Shown: positions 11,635 through 21,878 of the stretch, piece after piece
Position numbering within the stretch: the stretch's first letter is position 1
How the letters are laid out: each line of letters starts with the position of its first letter
Assembly (NCBI GenBank): GCA_937625935.1
Contig: OW569394.1
Location: forward strand, 263,524-327,523
Direction of reading: 5' to 3'
DNA: 64,000 nucleotides
Source: Tetramitus jugosus
Lineage: Eukaryota > Protista > Heterolobosea
Notes under the pieces: generated by a model
What the model was told of the DNA's origin: nothing
Database searches by the model: none
Seen by the model: only the letters and a program-made list of their open reading frames with translations
Translations under genes and position numbers: made by a program

Positions 11635-11716
11635 GCATTCGTGGCCGAGTGGTCTAAGGCGTCCGACTCAAGTTCGGATATCTCCGGATGCGTGGGTTCA
11701 AATCCCACCGAATGCA
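11635..11716 (+). tRNA. tRNA-Leu(CAA), intronless
   Basis: GCATTCG...CGAATGC acceptor stem, D-loop TGGCCGAGTGGTCTAAGG, anticodon arm TCCGA-CTCAAGT-TCGGA, long variable arm, T-loop GGTTCAAATCC. Confidence 0.96.
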
Positions 11717-12106
11717 CAGTTTTTCCAAACTGTTTTCTTATAAGATGAAGGTTGTATTTTCAAAGGAGTTCTGGAAGATTTTGCAACAGAAAATATCGAA
11801 TCTCAACAAAAGATTCAGTGAGAATCCTTTCAAGCTCCAATTGATTGACACCCAGCTGTGTTTTTATTTGATGGTAGGGACCTCCCAAAACACCTCACAA
11901 AAATCTCAACACGTGATATCCAGTTCCTTTTGGTGTCCGTTGACCAACACCACCTCAAACTTCACACAACAACCTGTAGCTCCTCGTCCTCCACGTCCTC
12001 CACGAAAGAAATAAATCTTGACACCCCAACCAACACCCTTGAACACAAAAAAAAAACAACTAACCACAAACAACAAAAACCCACCAAAACCAACCAAAAA
12101 AACAAA

Positions 12107-13210
12107 ATGTCTGTCGTCGCAACAACTAAAGTGAGTGAAAATCACTTGAAACAAACCACAAACACTGTACTCATGGTCCGCCCAGTTCACTTTGAGTTCA
12201 ATGCCCAAACCGCTCTCGACAATGAATTTCAAATTCAAAAAATCGGTCAAATGGTTCATTCTACCGCCAATTCGGAGTTTTCCAAGGCGGTTGAAATTCT
12301 CCGACAAGAAGGAATCAACGTACTTGTGTTGGAAGGTGAAAATGAAGATGAAGAAAATCAAGGTCTCATTCGTCTTCCTGATGCCGTTTTTCCCAATAAT
12401 TGGTTTGGTACCAATCAAGACGGAAAAATTATTGTTTATACGATGGCGACGGAGAATCGTCGGGCGGAGACAAGAAGATTGTCCGATGTCACCCGTCTAC
12501 TGTCAGAAAATGGATATGAATTTGACACGCAAGTGGTGGTGATGCAACAAGAGTTGAACAATATTGCACCAAGTCAATCATTCAGTCAAGACGTATTGGA
12601 AGGTACTGGAGCTCTCGTAATTGATCATATTCAAGGTATTGCTTATGCTGCAAAATCAGTTCGTTGTCATCCGTTTGCAATGAACAGAATGATCAAGTCA
12701 CCACATTTTACTGTCAAGAAATCCATCATGTTTGAGACGTTGAGCTCCACTGGAAAGGAATTTTATCATACGAATGTCATGTTGAGTATTGGTACTCAAT
12801 TTGCAGTCGTATGCACAGAAAGTATTGTTGAAAAAGTGAGTGGAGAATATGAGAATCAGAGTGGAGATGGTAGTGGAGAAAGTGAAAGTGGTGTTGTTTT
12901 CTATGGTCGGGCTCAAGTTTTGCAAAGCTTGCAAAACAGCGGAAGAACTCTGATTGAAGTTTCATTGGAACAGGCGGAAAAATACTTTTGCGCCAATATT
13001 TTGGAGGTGCGCGGAGAAAATGAAGAAGCAAGAATTGTAATGTCGGAGAGTGCATTCAGAGGTTTTACGGAAGAACAGAGACAAGTGCTGGGTCAGTTTG
13101 GAAAGTTGGTGGCTGTGCCTATTGGAGAAGCCATTGAACCTGTTGGAGGAGGCTCCAGTCGATGCATGCTCGCTGAAGTCTTTTTGCCAAGAAGAACACC
13201 ACAAGAATAA
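12107..13210 (+). CDS. Amidinotransferase / arginine-deiminase-related protein (CtlX-like)
   Basis: VLMVRP..F.FN.QTA.DN.FQ, PDAVFPNNW, LEGTG, YHTNVM, GGGSSRCMLAEVF. First ATG at 12107. Confidence 0.88.
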   Translation: MSVVATTKVSENHLKQTTNTVLMVRPVHFEFNAQTALDNEFQIQKIGQMVHSTANSEFSKAVEILRQEGINVLVLEGENEDEENQGLIRLPDAVFPNNWFGTNQDGKIIVYTMATENRRAETRRLSDVTRLLSENGYEFDTQVVVMQQELNNIAPSQSFSQDVLEGTGALVIDHIQGIAYAAKSVRCHPFAMNRMIKSPHFTVKKSIMFETLSSTGKEFYHTNVMLSIGTQFAVVCTESIVEKVSGEYENQSGDGSGESESGVVFYGRAQVLQSLQNSGRTLIEVSLEQAEKYFCANILEVRGENEEARIVMSESAFRGFTEEQRQVLGQFGKLVAVPIGEAIEPVGGGSSRCMLAEVFLPRRTPQE

Positions 13211-13478
13211 GCAACCTATCGCGAGGCATTGATGACAACACGCACACCGTTACATGTTTGAGATTTATCTCTCTCAAATAAAACAAGCAAACAAAATTTT
13301 GAACCAAAAAAACAAAAAGCTCAAAGCCAATCTGGAAAATTGAATTCTATTTGGCCGCGCAAAAATATCTCCGACAAGCAAAAAAATGGGAGCGACACAG
13401 TTCACAAACAGAAAAAGCACATTTTTTGTTGAACAACAAACAGAAAACAAACGAAATCAATCAAAATTTTTTTTTATC

Positions 13479-14209
13479 ATGCAACATAAATCAAGTTCAG
13501 TGATCCGACTACACACGGATTGGAAAAATATGGAAAGAGATCCACCAGAGGGATGTTCTGCTGCACCTATTGATGAGAGTGATCTCTATGTGTGGAATGC
13601 GTCTGTTGTAGGACCTGAACAATCACCGTGGGAAGGTGGTTTATTCACATTGAAATTAAGTACGTGTGTATATATGATTTTTTTATGCGAAAGCTAAAGC
13701 TTTTTATTTGTTCTGTTTTTTTTTTTGAGGTTTCAAGTTTTTTTTTGTGTTGTTAGAGCTTGAAATTTTTTTTTGTTGGTCATTTGGTTATTGGTTATTT
13801 GGTTGTTGTGTGATCTTTTGACAAGGAGAAGATGTCAGAGCTAACATGAAAATTTTTGTCTTGTTTGTTGATTGTTCATTTGTTGTTTATTTGTTGTTGT
13901 TGTTGATCATTAGCTTTTTCTGAAGCTTATCCTTCCAAGCCTCCCAAAGTGCGTTTCCAATGCAAAATGTTTCATCCCAATATTTACAAGGACGGTAACA
14001 TTTGTTTGGACATTGTTCAAGACAAGTGGAGTCCCGTGTACACTGTAGGCAGCATATTAACAAGCATTCAGAGTTTACTGTGCGATCCAAATGTGGATTC
14101 TCCCGCCAATCCTGAGGCCGCTCAATTGTATTTATCGGACAGGAAAGCCTATGATCGAAAGGTGAGAAAATGCGCAGAGGATTCCATGGAGTCCGCACTC
14201 GTCATGTAA
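13479..14209 (+). CDS. UBC2: Ubiquitin-conjugating enzyme E2, RAD6/UBC2 family; 2 exons
   Basis: [21 protein letters not shown]...[20 protein letters not shown]. Intron 13660-13913 restores [16 protein letters not shown]. Confidence 0.9.
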
Positions 14210-14766
14210 ATACAGTAAAAGAATCATCGTAAATACACAGGAGCTTTTTTTAATTGAATACTCAAAACCGTAGTGCCTGTTGAAATACCTGCTTTAGATC
14301 ATACAAAGAGGCGACAAGGGTCGGAATTTAAATTTTGTGACAGGTGACTTGTTATCTCAGAGGGTGTTTTAGCTCAATTCCATCCTCCTAAGATATTGGC
14401 GAGATTCTGTTGGTGTGTGAATGATGAAACTATAGATGAACATTGACACAGTGTGAACGATGTAACAAAAGCTGATGAGTTAGTTGTTGTGTTTGCGACG
14501 TGGTTCATTAGTTTGTCAAAACGAGTGGATACAACAAAGCAAGGACTTCGCGCGTCACAATCTTCGATGGCGGCTAATGTCACAATGTCATTAATGTCCG
14601 AGAGGCCCTAGTTCAACACCCACTAATTTCAATTTCAAATAATAAAACGGGAAGTGTGCAAAGACAAGTTTCAGATCCGGGTTGGTAATGCGCCGTTCCA
14701 TGTACATCACTTTGGGCAGTGAAGTCAACCAGCAAAGCCCTAACCTTCCAACAACAAAACCAAGAC

Positions 14767-17700
14767 ATGAAGACTGTTTTTCACTGCTCGTTGCTCACTG
14801 TGTTTCTTTCTCTTTGTTTGTTAGTCTTGGTTCTGACTTCAGCAGCTCACTGCCTGCCAGAACAGGGTTCATTTGGAGAGATTGATGTGACAAGTGTTTA
14901 TACAGAGAATGCCTACGTTCCTGCTGCAATCAAAGTCCAATCCAAAAATTCGATCTACAAATCGTTTCTTGCACTTTCTTCGACAAACGGCACCCTTGGC
15001 TCCATCCCTGTCGATTATGGTATGATTGTGTTTGCCAAATACGATCCACAATTACATGACTACGTATGGGCGACTGCCATTGATAATGGAGGTTCTTTTT
15101 ATGCTCCAACACGCATGTTGCCAGCATGTGACAAGGAGTCCCTATTCGTTATGATTCCAAACTGTGCAGGTGGAATCCCTCAGTTCAACATCACAACTCC
15201 TACAGAAAGGTACTCTCTATTGTTAAAGTATGACAAGTTTGGTAAGACCGAGTGGTTCAAGGTCATTCCAATGAACAGAGCCTTGGGAGACCCAGAGTAT
15301 CTCTCAGCATACGCCCATTTGTCATGCGAGCAGGACAACAAGGATGCCATCTACTTCTCTGGTACTTTTAGAAACGAGATTCATTTTGGAGCAACCACAC
15401 TCTCCTCCAACTCCACTGAACTAAACACATTTGTTGCCAAGTTTGATGAGAATGGAGAAAATGTGTGGGCTTCAACTGCACAAGGAGTCAGTGTAGTAGC
15501 TATCGTCTCTGATGAAGAATGTTTGTACTTGACAGGTACTCTTAAAGAAACAACAATACTTGGTAACTCTACTCTTGTTCCTATTTCTACTGGAGACATA
15601 CTCCTGACTAGAATAAACAAGGAGAGTGGACAATTTTTGGATGCCAGCTCCTATGGATATGCCATGTCAGGATTCCCCACTGATATCGCTCTCGGTACTG
15701 ATAACTCTGTGATTGTCTCTGGGCACTTCTCTCTCAACACAACTCTGGGCAATTTTACACTCCAAGCAACTGCACAATCCATGTTTTTGATGCAAGTTGA
15801 TAGAATTAGTGGTCAAGTTGCTTGGGCTAAATCTATCTTCTCTAATCCCAATGTAACTAGCTCCGTCTCTGACATTGACATTGGTCTTGATGGATCAATT
15901 TACATGACTGGAACATGTCATGGAAATGCTACTGTTCGGAATGTCACTGTCTGTCATGAGGGTACTCTGAACTTATTTGTGACCAAGTTGACTCCTCTTG
16001 GTGATGTGTCTTATTTCCTCAATGTTGCCGGTCAGAGTGACGATTCAGCCACTGTGTCTGTTGGCGATGATGGTTCCACTTATGCTTATGGATATATTGC
16101 CCGAGCCGATGCAAAGGCAACTGGTGGCAGAGTCATCGCTTCTACTGCTTCCCCTGGTCGTGGTGAATTATATGTCGTTGCCGAAGTGCTAGATCATCCA
16201 GCTCAATTCTGTAATGGAACGAATGCTTATGAGCCATCAGTCTGTTCGGGACATGGTAGGTGCAATACAACATGCTCTTGTTCTCCTGGGTATCTGGGCG
16301 ATACTTGCCAGAATTGGGGATGCTATGGTTTGTTGCCTTCTTCCAGTGTCGCGTGTAGTGGTACCTCCAGGGGAACGTGTACGGGACCAAACAAATGCAC
16401 ATGTAATGCAGCATATAGTGGAACTCAATGCGAGCTACTTCCAGTAACAATTTCCTACCAGACCAATATGCCGTCACCCAAGTATCCTGCGGCAAAAACT
16501 TGGTTCCTTAATGCCACTGCCACTCCCGTTAGACCTTTTGAAAAGGTTGATTATTACTGGCAATTATATGTTAATGGTACTAATCCTGCTTCGATGGTTC
16601 TGGAAACTCCAACAATCCTTATTAACTTAACACAAGCCAAGACCTTCCAATTCAATGTTACTGATATCTATCCTGGTACATCATACATGGTCAAATTTTC
16701 AGTTGTATTGAAGACCTACGGTCATGGCATTGGCGCTCAGATATCCAATTTCCCAAAGAAAGTAGCGATGGGAGATATACTTGTCAATTTAATTCGAGGT
16801 GCGATGCTGTATGATACATTTGAATTCAGTACACCTCAAGATAATGCCATCTCCAATTATACATGTGGATACTTGAACTCAAAAGGAGAGAGAGTTTACC
16901 TCGGTTCATCACTCAATTGGTCGACTTGTAATACTAAATTTTCAGTCCTTGGTACAGTCACTCTGTTCGTTCAGGCTGTATCCGTGTACAATGATATATT
17001 GGAATCGAGACAGAATATTACCGTTTATCTAGGAGATGCACAACAGACTACTGATGCTTTGACAGACAAAGCAAACAACCTCAACCAGCTAAACGGAACC
17101 CAATTGGAAGAACAACTCAAACAGTACACAGTTGAGTTAATAACCTCACTGCCAACCATTAATCAGAATCAAACATCTGACTTGTTGAACAATTTGGTGA
17201 ATATCATTGAATCAAAGCAATCTGAATTGAGCACTGATGCACAAATGGAGGCAGCGAAAACAATTTCAGAGCACTATGACATTCTATCAGAGAACTCAAC
17301 CATCAAGACAGCAGACATTCTGACAAACATCATTCAGAGCAACAGTACCAACATTGATGATATGATTTCTATCGCACATGACCTGGCCAATGTAATGATA
17401 TCATCCAATAGTTCACAAGTTCAAAAGGAAGCATTCAATTCAGTGGTTACAGTTCTGACTGAAAAGGTGAGACAGAATATGACCGAAGGAGAGACAAAAG
17501 AGATATCATTCCCGAATCTTGAAACAGTGATTGTTAAACTGAATCAAACCTCTGCCGGTGCTTCTCAAAACACCACCATTGTTGTGAGACAACCCTCTAC
17601 TGGGGCAACAAACAACAACACTGACTACATCGTCATTGATGTTGACAATAAGCAACTCTCGAATGCAAATGCAACGTATGTCCAAGGTTTGGTTACACTA

Positions 17701-18342
17701 AATCCGACTGGGCAATATCCGAACAAGTGCAACACAAACCAGGTGTCATCTGTCATTTCGACCATGTTGTACACTGATCAACAAAAGTTGATTCAAACAG
17801 TACCTTCGGACTCAGTCATCCAATCAACAGTCACACTACCAAACAATCTCTTGAATATGAACAATAGTGACTCCTACAAATATATGTGTAAGTACTTGGA
17901 CAGTAACAGTAAGTTGTGGACAAATGATACGTCCATCTGTCATACTGAGACTGTCACTATTGGAGCTTCAAATCAAACTGTCGTCGTACAATGTCAATGT
18001 TCTCAACCTGGATCTGTCTCCGTTTCACTAGACTATATTCAATCCACCGAATCAGTGGACGAAGGAAATATTGGAGCAGGTGAGACTGAAACATGTTCCA
18101 ACCCTTGTGGCTGCTCATCATACACTTCAACAAACTCAGAGAAGAAAGGAATGAAGAAGTATGGTATTGCTCTCATTGTTGTCGCTTGTTCACTTGTTGT
18201 TATAGTCTTAATCATCCTGGCAATAACATCTGTTATCATGCTGGTGATGTTTAAAAAAGGAAAAGGTACTCCAGAGGTCAAGACAACATCCAGGAAAGCA
18301 ACAGATGAAATCGAGCAAAGATTCGACACCATGTACAATTAA
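14767..18342 (+). CDS. Type I membrane protein: beta-propeller (SBBP-like) + EGF repeats + REJ-like + GAIN/GPS-like + TM
   Basis: Signal peptide; propeller repeats (IYFSGTF, FVAKFDENGENVWA, DGSIYMTG); EGFs; CKY...W...C...CQC GPS-like; C-terminal TM. C-terminal half is paralogous to 3611..6373. Confidence 0.78.
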   Translation: MKTVFHCSLLTVFLSLCLLVLVLTSAAHCLPEQGSFGEIDVTSVYTENAYVPAAIKVQSKNSIYKSFLALSSTNGTLGSIPVDYGMIVFAKYDPQLHDYVWATAIDNGGSFYAPTRMLPACDKESLFVMIPNCAGGIPQFNITTPTERYSLLLKYDKFGKTEWFKVIPMNRALGDPEYLSAYAHLSCEQDNKDAIYFSGTFRNEIHFGATTLSSNSTELNTFVAKFDENGENVWASTAQGVSVVAIVSDEECLYLTGTLKETTILGNSTLVPISTGDILLTRINKESGQFLDASSYGYAMSGFPTDIALGTDNSVIVSGHFSLNTTLGNFTLQATAQSMFLMQVDRISGQVAWAKSIFSNPNVTSSVSDIDIGLDGSIYMTGTCHGNATVRNVTVCHEGTLNLFVTKLTPLGDVSYFLNVAGQSDDSATVSVGDDGSTYAYGYIARADAKATGGRVIASTASPGRGELYVVAEVLDHPAQFCNGTNAYEPSVCSGHGRCNTTCSCSPGYLGDTCQNWGCYGLLPSSSVACSGTSRGTCTGPNKCTCNAAYSGTQCELLPVTISYQTNMPSPKYPAAKTWFLNATATPVRPFEKVDYYWQLYVNGTNPASMVLETPTILINLTQAKTFQFNVTDIYPGTSYMVKFSVVLKTYGHGIGAQISNFPKKVAMGDILVNLIRGAMLYDTFEFSTPQDNAISNYTCGYLNSKGERVYLGSSLNWSTCNTKFSVLGTVTLFVQAVSVYNDILESRQNITVYLGDAQQTTDALTDKANNLNQLNGTQLEEQLKQYTVELITSLPTINQNQTSDLLNNLVNIIESKQSELSTDAQMEAAKTISEHYDILSENSTIKTADILTNIIQSNSTNIDDMISIAHDLANVMISSNSSQVQKEAFNSVVTVLTEKVRQNMTEGETKEISFPNLETVIVKLNQTSAGASQNTTIVVRQPSTGATNNNTDYIVIDVDNKQLSNANATYVQGLVTLNPTGQYPNKCNTNQVSSVISTMLYTDQQKLIQTVPSDSVIQSTVTLPNNLLNMNNSDSYKYMCKYLDSNSKLWTNDTSICHTETVTIGASNQTVVVQCQCSQPGSVSVSLDYIQSTESVDEGNIGAGETETCSNPCGCSSYTSTNSEKKGMKKYGIALIVVACSLVVIVLIILAITSVIMLVMFKKGKGTPEVKTTSRKATDEIEQRFDTMYN

Positions 18343-18532
18343 TTGAGTTTGAAGAATGAGAATTGCATAGTAATAATGATGGTCGTCATTCGTGTCCTTG
18401 TTGTTAATGCCATTGAACTCGCTACTCAATAAACAATTTTTGTACAACAAACCACAAGCAATAGATAGCAAATTCGAATTGGATATGCTAAGGCGTTCAT
18501 GTTTTTATGTTTTTTCAAAGTACGCAACCCAT

Positions 18533-20068
18533 CTATAATTGAATCATTTGATTTCGTATCTTTGCTTCAGGTATTTGCAACGCAGTTGCGTACTGAATCG
18601 TCAAAGCACTCGTGCCAACCATTTGACCACTAAAATAATGATTTGTTGTCGCAGCGCATCGTTGCCATTCCTGTTGTTCTTCTTCTCCTACTCCCATGCT
18701 TTCATCATCATCATCGGTAGTCGAATTCTTATTTTTCTTAGTAAAGAACGAACTGCTCGATATCACTTTCCGCACAGTCACAAAATATGCAGTATTGTCA
18801 CTCTGTTTTTCATTGTTACCTTGTTGATAACAATCCATGAAATGTATCAATTGAACAAACAATTGATTCAATTCGGTTCCTATTTGTTTTACATCTTCTT
18901 CATTCTTTACAATTTGTTTCAAATAATCATCATTTAGAATAATAGCAAACCACATGGCAGCTAATTTTCGTTTTCCTTCCCAAATATCACTACTATCACT
19001 ATTATTACTCTCATGATTCATCGTATTCACATAATGATACACATTTATCAATTCATCATTTGTTTTTTCCAATAAAATCAAAGCCAAATATCGTATCACA
19101 TAAACCATGATAAATAAACACTCATTTTGCATCCCTATAAACAACGGTATCGATTCTTGAGCTCTCTGCACCAACAAGGCACGATTACACTCCTTTTTTT
19201 CACTCTTTTCATTTTTCATAGTTTTCGATGACTTTTTTTCCGATGTTAAGGTCAAAAATAAATCATGACTTAATAAATCATGAATGACGAACAATCGAAC
19301 AAAAAACGATCGATTAAACACATCAAACAACATGATTCGATTAACGATATTGGAACAGCTCTGAAGACGTTTCGAAGCTTGATCCCACTTGACTTGAGGC
19401 ACCACATCTGCATCACTCATGATCTGACAACAACTACGCCAATCTTGTATCGAAATCAACAACAATTGACAATCATTTTTCAATTGTTGAGCTTGAGCTT
19501 CCCAGTAATGTACTCTCAACCATTGAAAGCAAAGTTGTATCGTGTGTTGTATGTGAGTATGTGATGGCATGGTACCATGTGTCACTTCGTGTCGCACATC
19601 GACGATGGCTCTTGGAATTTTTAGCTTTTCCATCAGTGTCGCAATACTGTTTTTGTAACGATTTTGGAGGGAAGTCGGAGAAATTCCATCGGAGATTTTT
19701 TGATGAGTTTCTAAAAAACCATTGACGAATCGAACAATGACCATTGACATGGCCATCATCAAACTATGATGATTAGAAGAAGTAGATGAAGAGGTTGATG
19801 ATGATGATAAAATTTGAAGAATGTCAAGAGTGCATTCAATTGGATGAGGTAACCTTGCATTTCGATTTTTCCAAATTTCAAGTCTCGTTTGTGCTCTTTT
19901 CATCTCCATGGGTCGATTGGAAAAAATTTGATTTTTGAGGTGGAGCCATTCGGACCAGTCGTACCATGGAACCACTTTTCCTTTTGATGAATAATTTTCG
20001 AGTCGTTTGTGTAAGTTGTCCAGTAAAAATTGTTGTTGTTGTTGTTGTGATGATGATGATTTGGACAT
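18533..20068 (-). CDS. LAS1: Las1-like HEPN pre-rRNA processing endonuclease
   Basis: VVPWYDWSEW, LPHPIECT, IVRFVNG, SIA...IP..IVDVRHEVTHGTMPS (RxxxxH HEPN motif), HYWEAQ. Start is uncertain (20068 or 20113). Confidence 0.85.
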   Translation of the reverse strand: MSKSSSSQQQQQQFLLDNLHKRLENYSSKGKVVPWYDWSEWLHLKNQIFSNRPMEMKRAQTRLEIWKNRNARLPHPIECTLDILQILSSSSTSSSTSSNHHSLMMAMSMVIVRFVNGFLETHQKISDGISPTSLQNRYKNSIATLMEKLKIPRAIVDVRHEVTHGTMPSHTHIQHTIQLCFQWLRVHYWEAQAQQLKNDCQLLLISIQDWRSCCQIMSDADVVPQVKWDQASKRLQSCSNIVNRIMLFDVFNRSFFVRLFVIHDLLSHDLFLTLTSEKKSSKTMKNEKSEKKECNRALLVQRAQESIPLFIGMQNECLFIMVYVIRYLALILLEKTNDELINVYHYVNTMNHESNNSDSSDIWEGKRKLAAMWFAIILNDDYLKQIVKNEEDVKQIGTELNQLFVQLIHFMDCYQQGNNEKQSDNTAYFVTVRKVISSSSFFTKKNKNSTTDDDDESMGVGEEEQQEWQRCAATTNHYFSGQMVGTSALTIQYATALQIPEAKIRNQMIQL

Positions 20069-20411
20069 TTTTTGTATTGTGTTTTTTTTGTGTTGTTTTT
20101 TTTGTTGCGTCATGCAAAAATTTTTTTGTTCGATTTTTTCGTTGAACGATGCAGCTCCGACAGCACTTTTCTGGATGTTTGGCGCGCTTTTTTTCATGTG
20201 TCGATTTTGATCAAAGTTTTTTTTCAATAACAAAACAACAACATTGAAAGCATCTGACGATCGATCGCGCACACATTCTCTCTCTTATCACTTGAATTTT
20301 GACGTCACACTTTAGACACTAATCTTGACATCATAAAGACAAGAAACAACAAACAAACAAAAAAATTGATCATAATCATAATAATAACATAAAGCAAGAG
20401 TAACAATAATC

Positions 20412-20660
20412 ATGGATGAATATGTAAACAAGCAAGTCATTGTCAATACGAGAGAAGGCAGAAATCTAACTGGAACATTTAGAGGATATGACAAAAAAAG
20501 CACAAACATTATTCTTCAATCATGTTCTGAAATTCTTTATAGTGCAACGACTGGTGAGATCAATCATGTACCACTTGGTCTCTATGTCATTCGTGGAAAT
20601 CATGTTTCGTTTGTTGCTGAGATATCTACTGGTGGTAGTGGTGGTAATGTTGATTCTTGA
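20412..20660 (+). CDS. LSM8: Sm-like protein LSm8
   Basis: YVNKQVIVNTREGRNLTGTFRGYD..TNIIL...PLGLYVIRGNHV. Confidence 0.8.
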   Translation: MDEYVNKQVIVNTREGRNLTGTFRGYDKKSTNIILQSCSEILYSATTGEINHVPLGLYVIRGNHVSFVAEISTGGSGGNVDS

Positions 20661-21878
20661 TTGAAAAAGTAGTGTTGATGATGATGATGATGGAAAAATT
20701 TAAGTTTTCAATTTTTTGTTTTTTTGAGAGAGGAAAACACATGCAAATAGTGATGATTGTTTGTTAGTTTGGTTGCTGGGTGGTGAATTATAGATGAGTT
20801 GGTGGGTTAGTTGGTTAGTTGGTTAGTTGGTTGGTTGTGTAGTGATCATGGTGTTTGCTAGTCACATGATTGTTTTTTTGTAAGTTTTGTTAACGAGATG
20901 AGTGTATAAAGAGAACGGAAGATGCGATGAACAACAATGATAAAGAGATGAACTTGTTCGTGATTTGCTTACATGGCGACCCCAATTTATGAGTTTATTG
21001 TAACGATTGCTATTTGTTTCGTGCGTGTGAGTTGTAATTGCATGAAGGATTTTCTTGTTAACAAAGGAGAATCACCTCACATGCAGCAACTAGCTTGTTC
21101 AAAAGAATAAAATTGATCCAAAAGGTGTACATAGTGTTTGGAGCCAATTGAAGTCACAGTAGTTCAGGTTGCTGGTACGGCTGTTTTTCCTTCAGATCGA
21201 TCGTACACGGAGAAATTTTCGAATCTCCTCCGATTTGGATGTTTTCCCGATAGGGACGCAACTCTCTCACAGAATCATCTTGCTCTGTGCACAAAAAAAC
21301 CACAAAAAAAACTTCAGTTGACCAACCATCTCCGCCTTCAGTTGACTGCCAATATCCTCATCACCCAACTCAACCAACACCTGGTCAACACAAATTATTG
21401 GGTATGTTGTTTTTAGAACGTTGACACCTTTTTGGTGTATTCACACACAACCGTCAAGCACAGCACACACAATGAAGAAGAAGCTTTCTTTTTGATTGTT
21501 TGGTGTGATGAAAAAAAGGTTGCTCATGTGATGGGATGTGTGTGGTGTTGGAGACTTGACATCTCTCAGAGAGGTTGACCTCCTCATAAAAATATGAGTT
21601 GATCATCAGTTGATAGTTACAACACAACACTGATCAATCAACACACCTCAGCTCATGACAACCACCACAACCACATCATCACTTCAAACAACAACTTTTG
21701 TCGCAACGCCTTCCCTTCATTCACTTTGTTGAAGTTTGGCTACGAAAAAAAAGGCGCGCTTGAAGCAAACTTGAACTTGTTTGAAGGAAGCTGAGCTTCA
21801 CCATTCACACACTCATACAACAAATACACTAACACACACATTACTACAACACCAAAACAGAGAATCGCCACAAAAATC

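Noticed and set aside
20760-20840. (TTGG/TTAG)n tract
   Set aside because: Simple low-complexity 3' flank sequence, not the telomeric unit.
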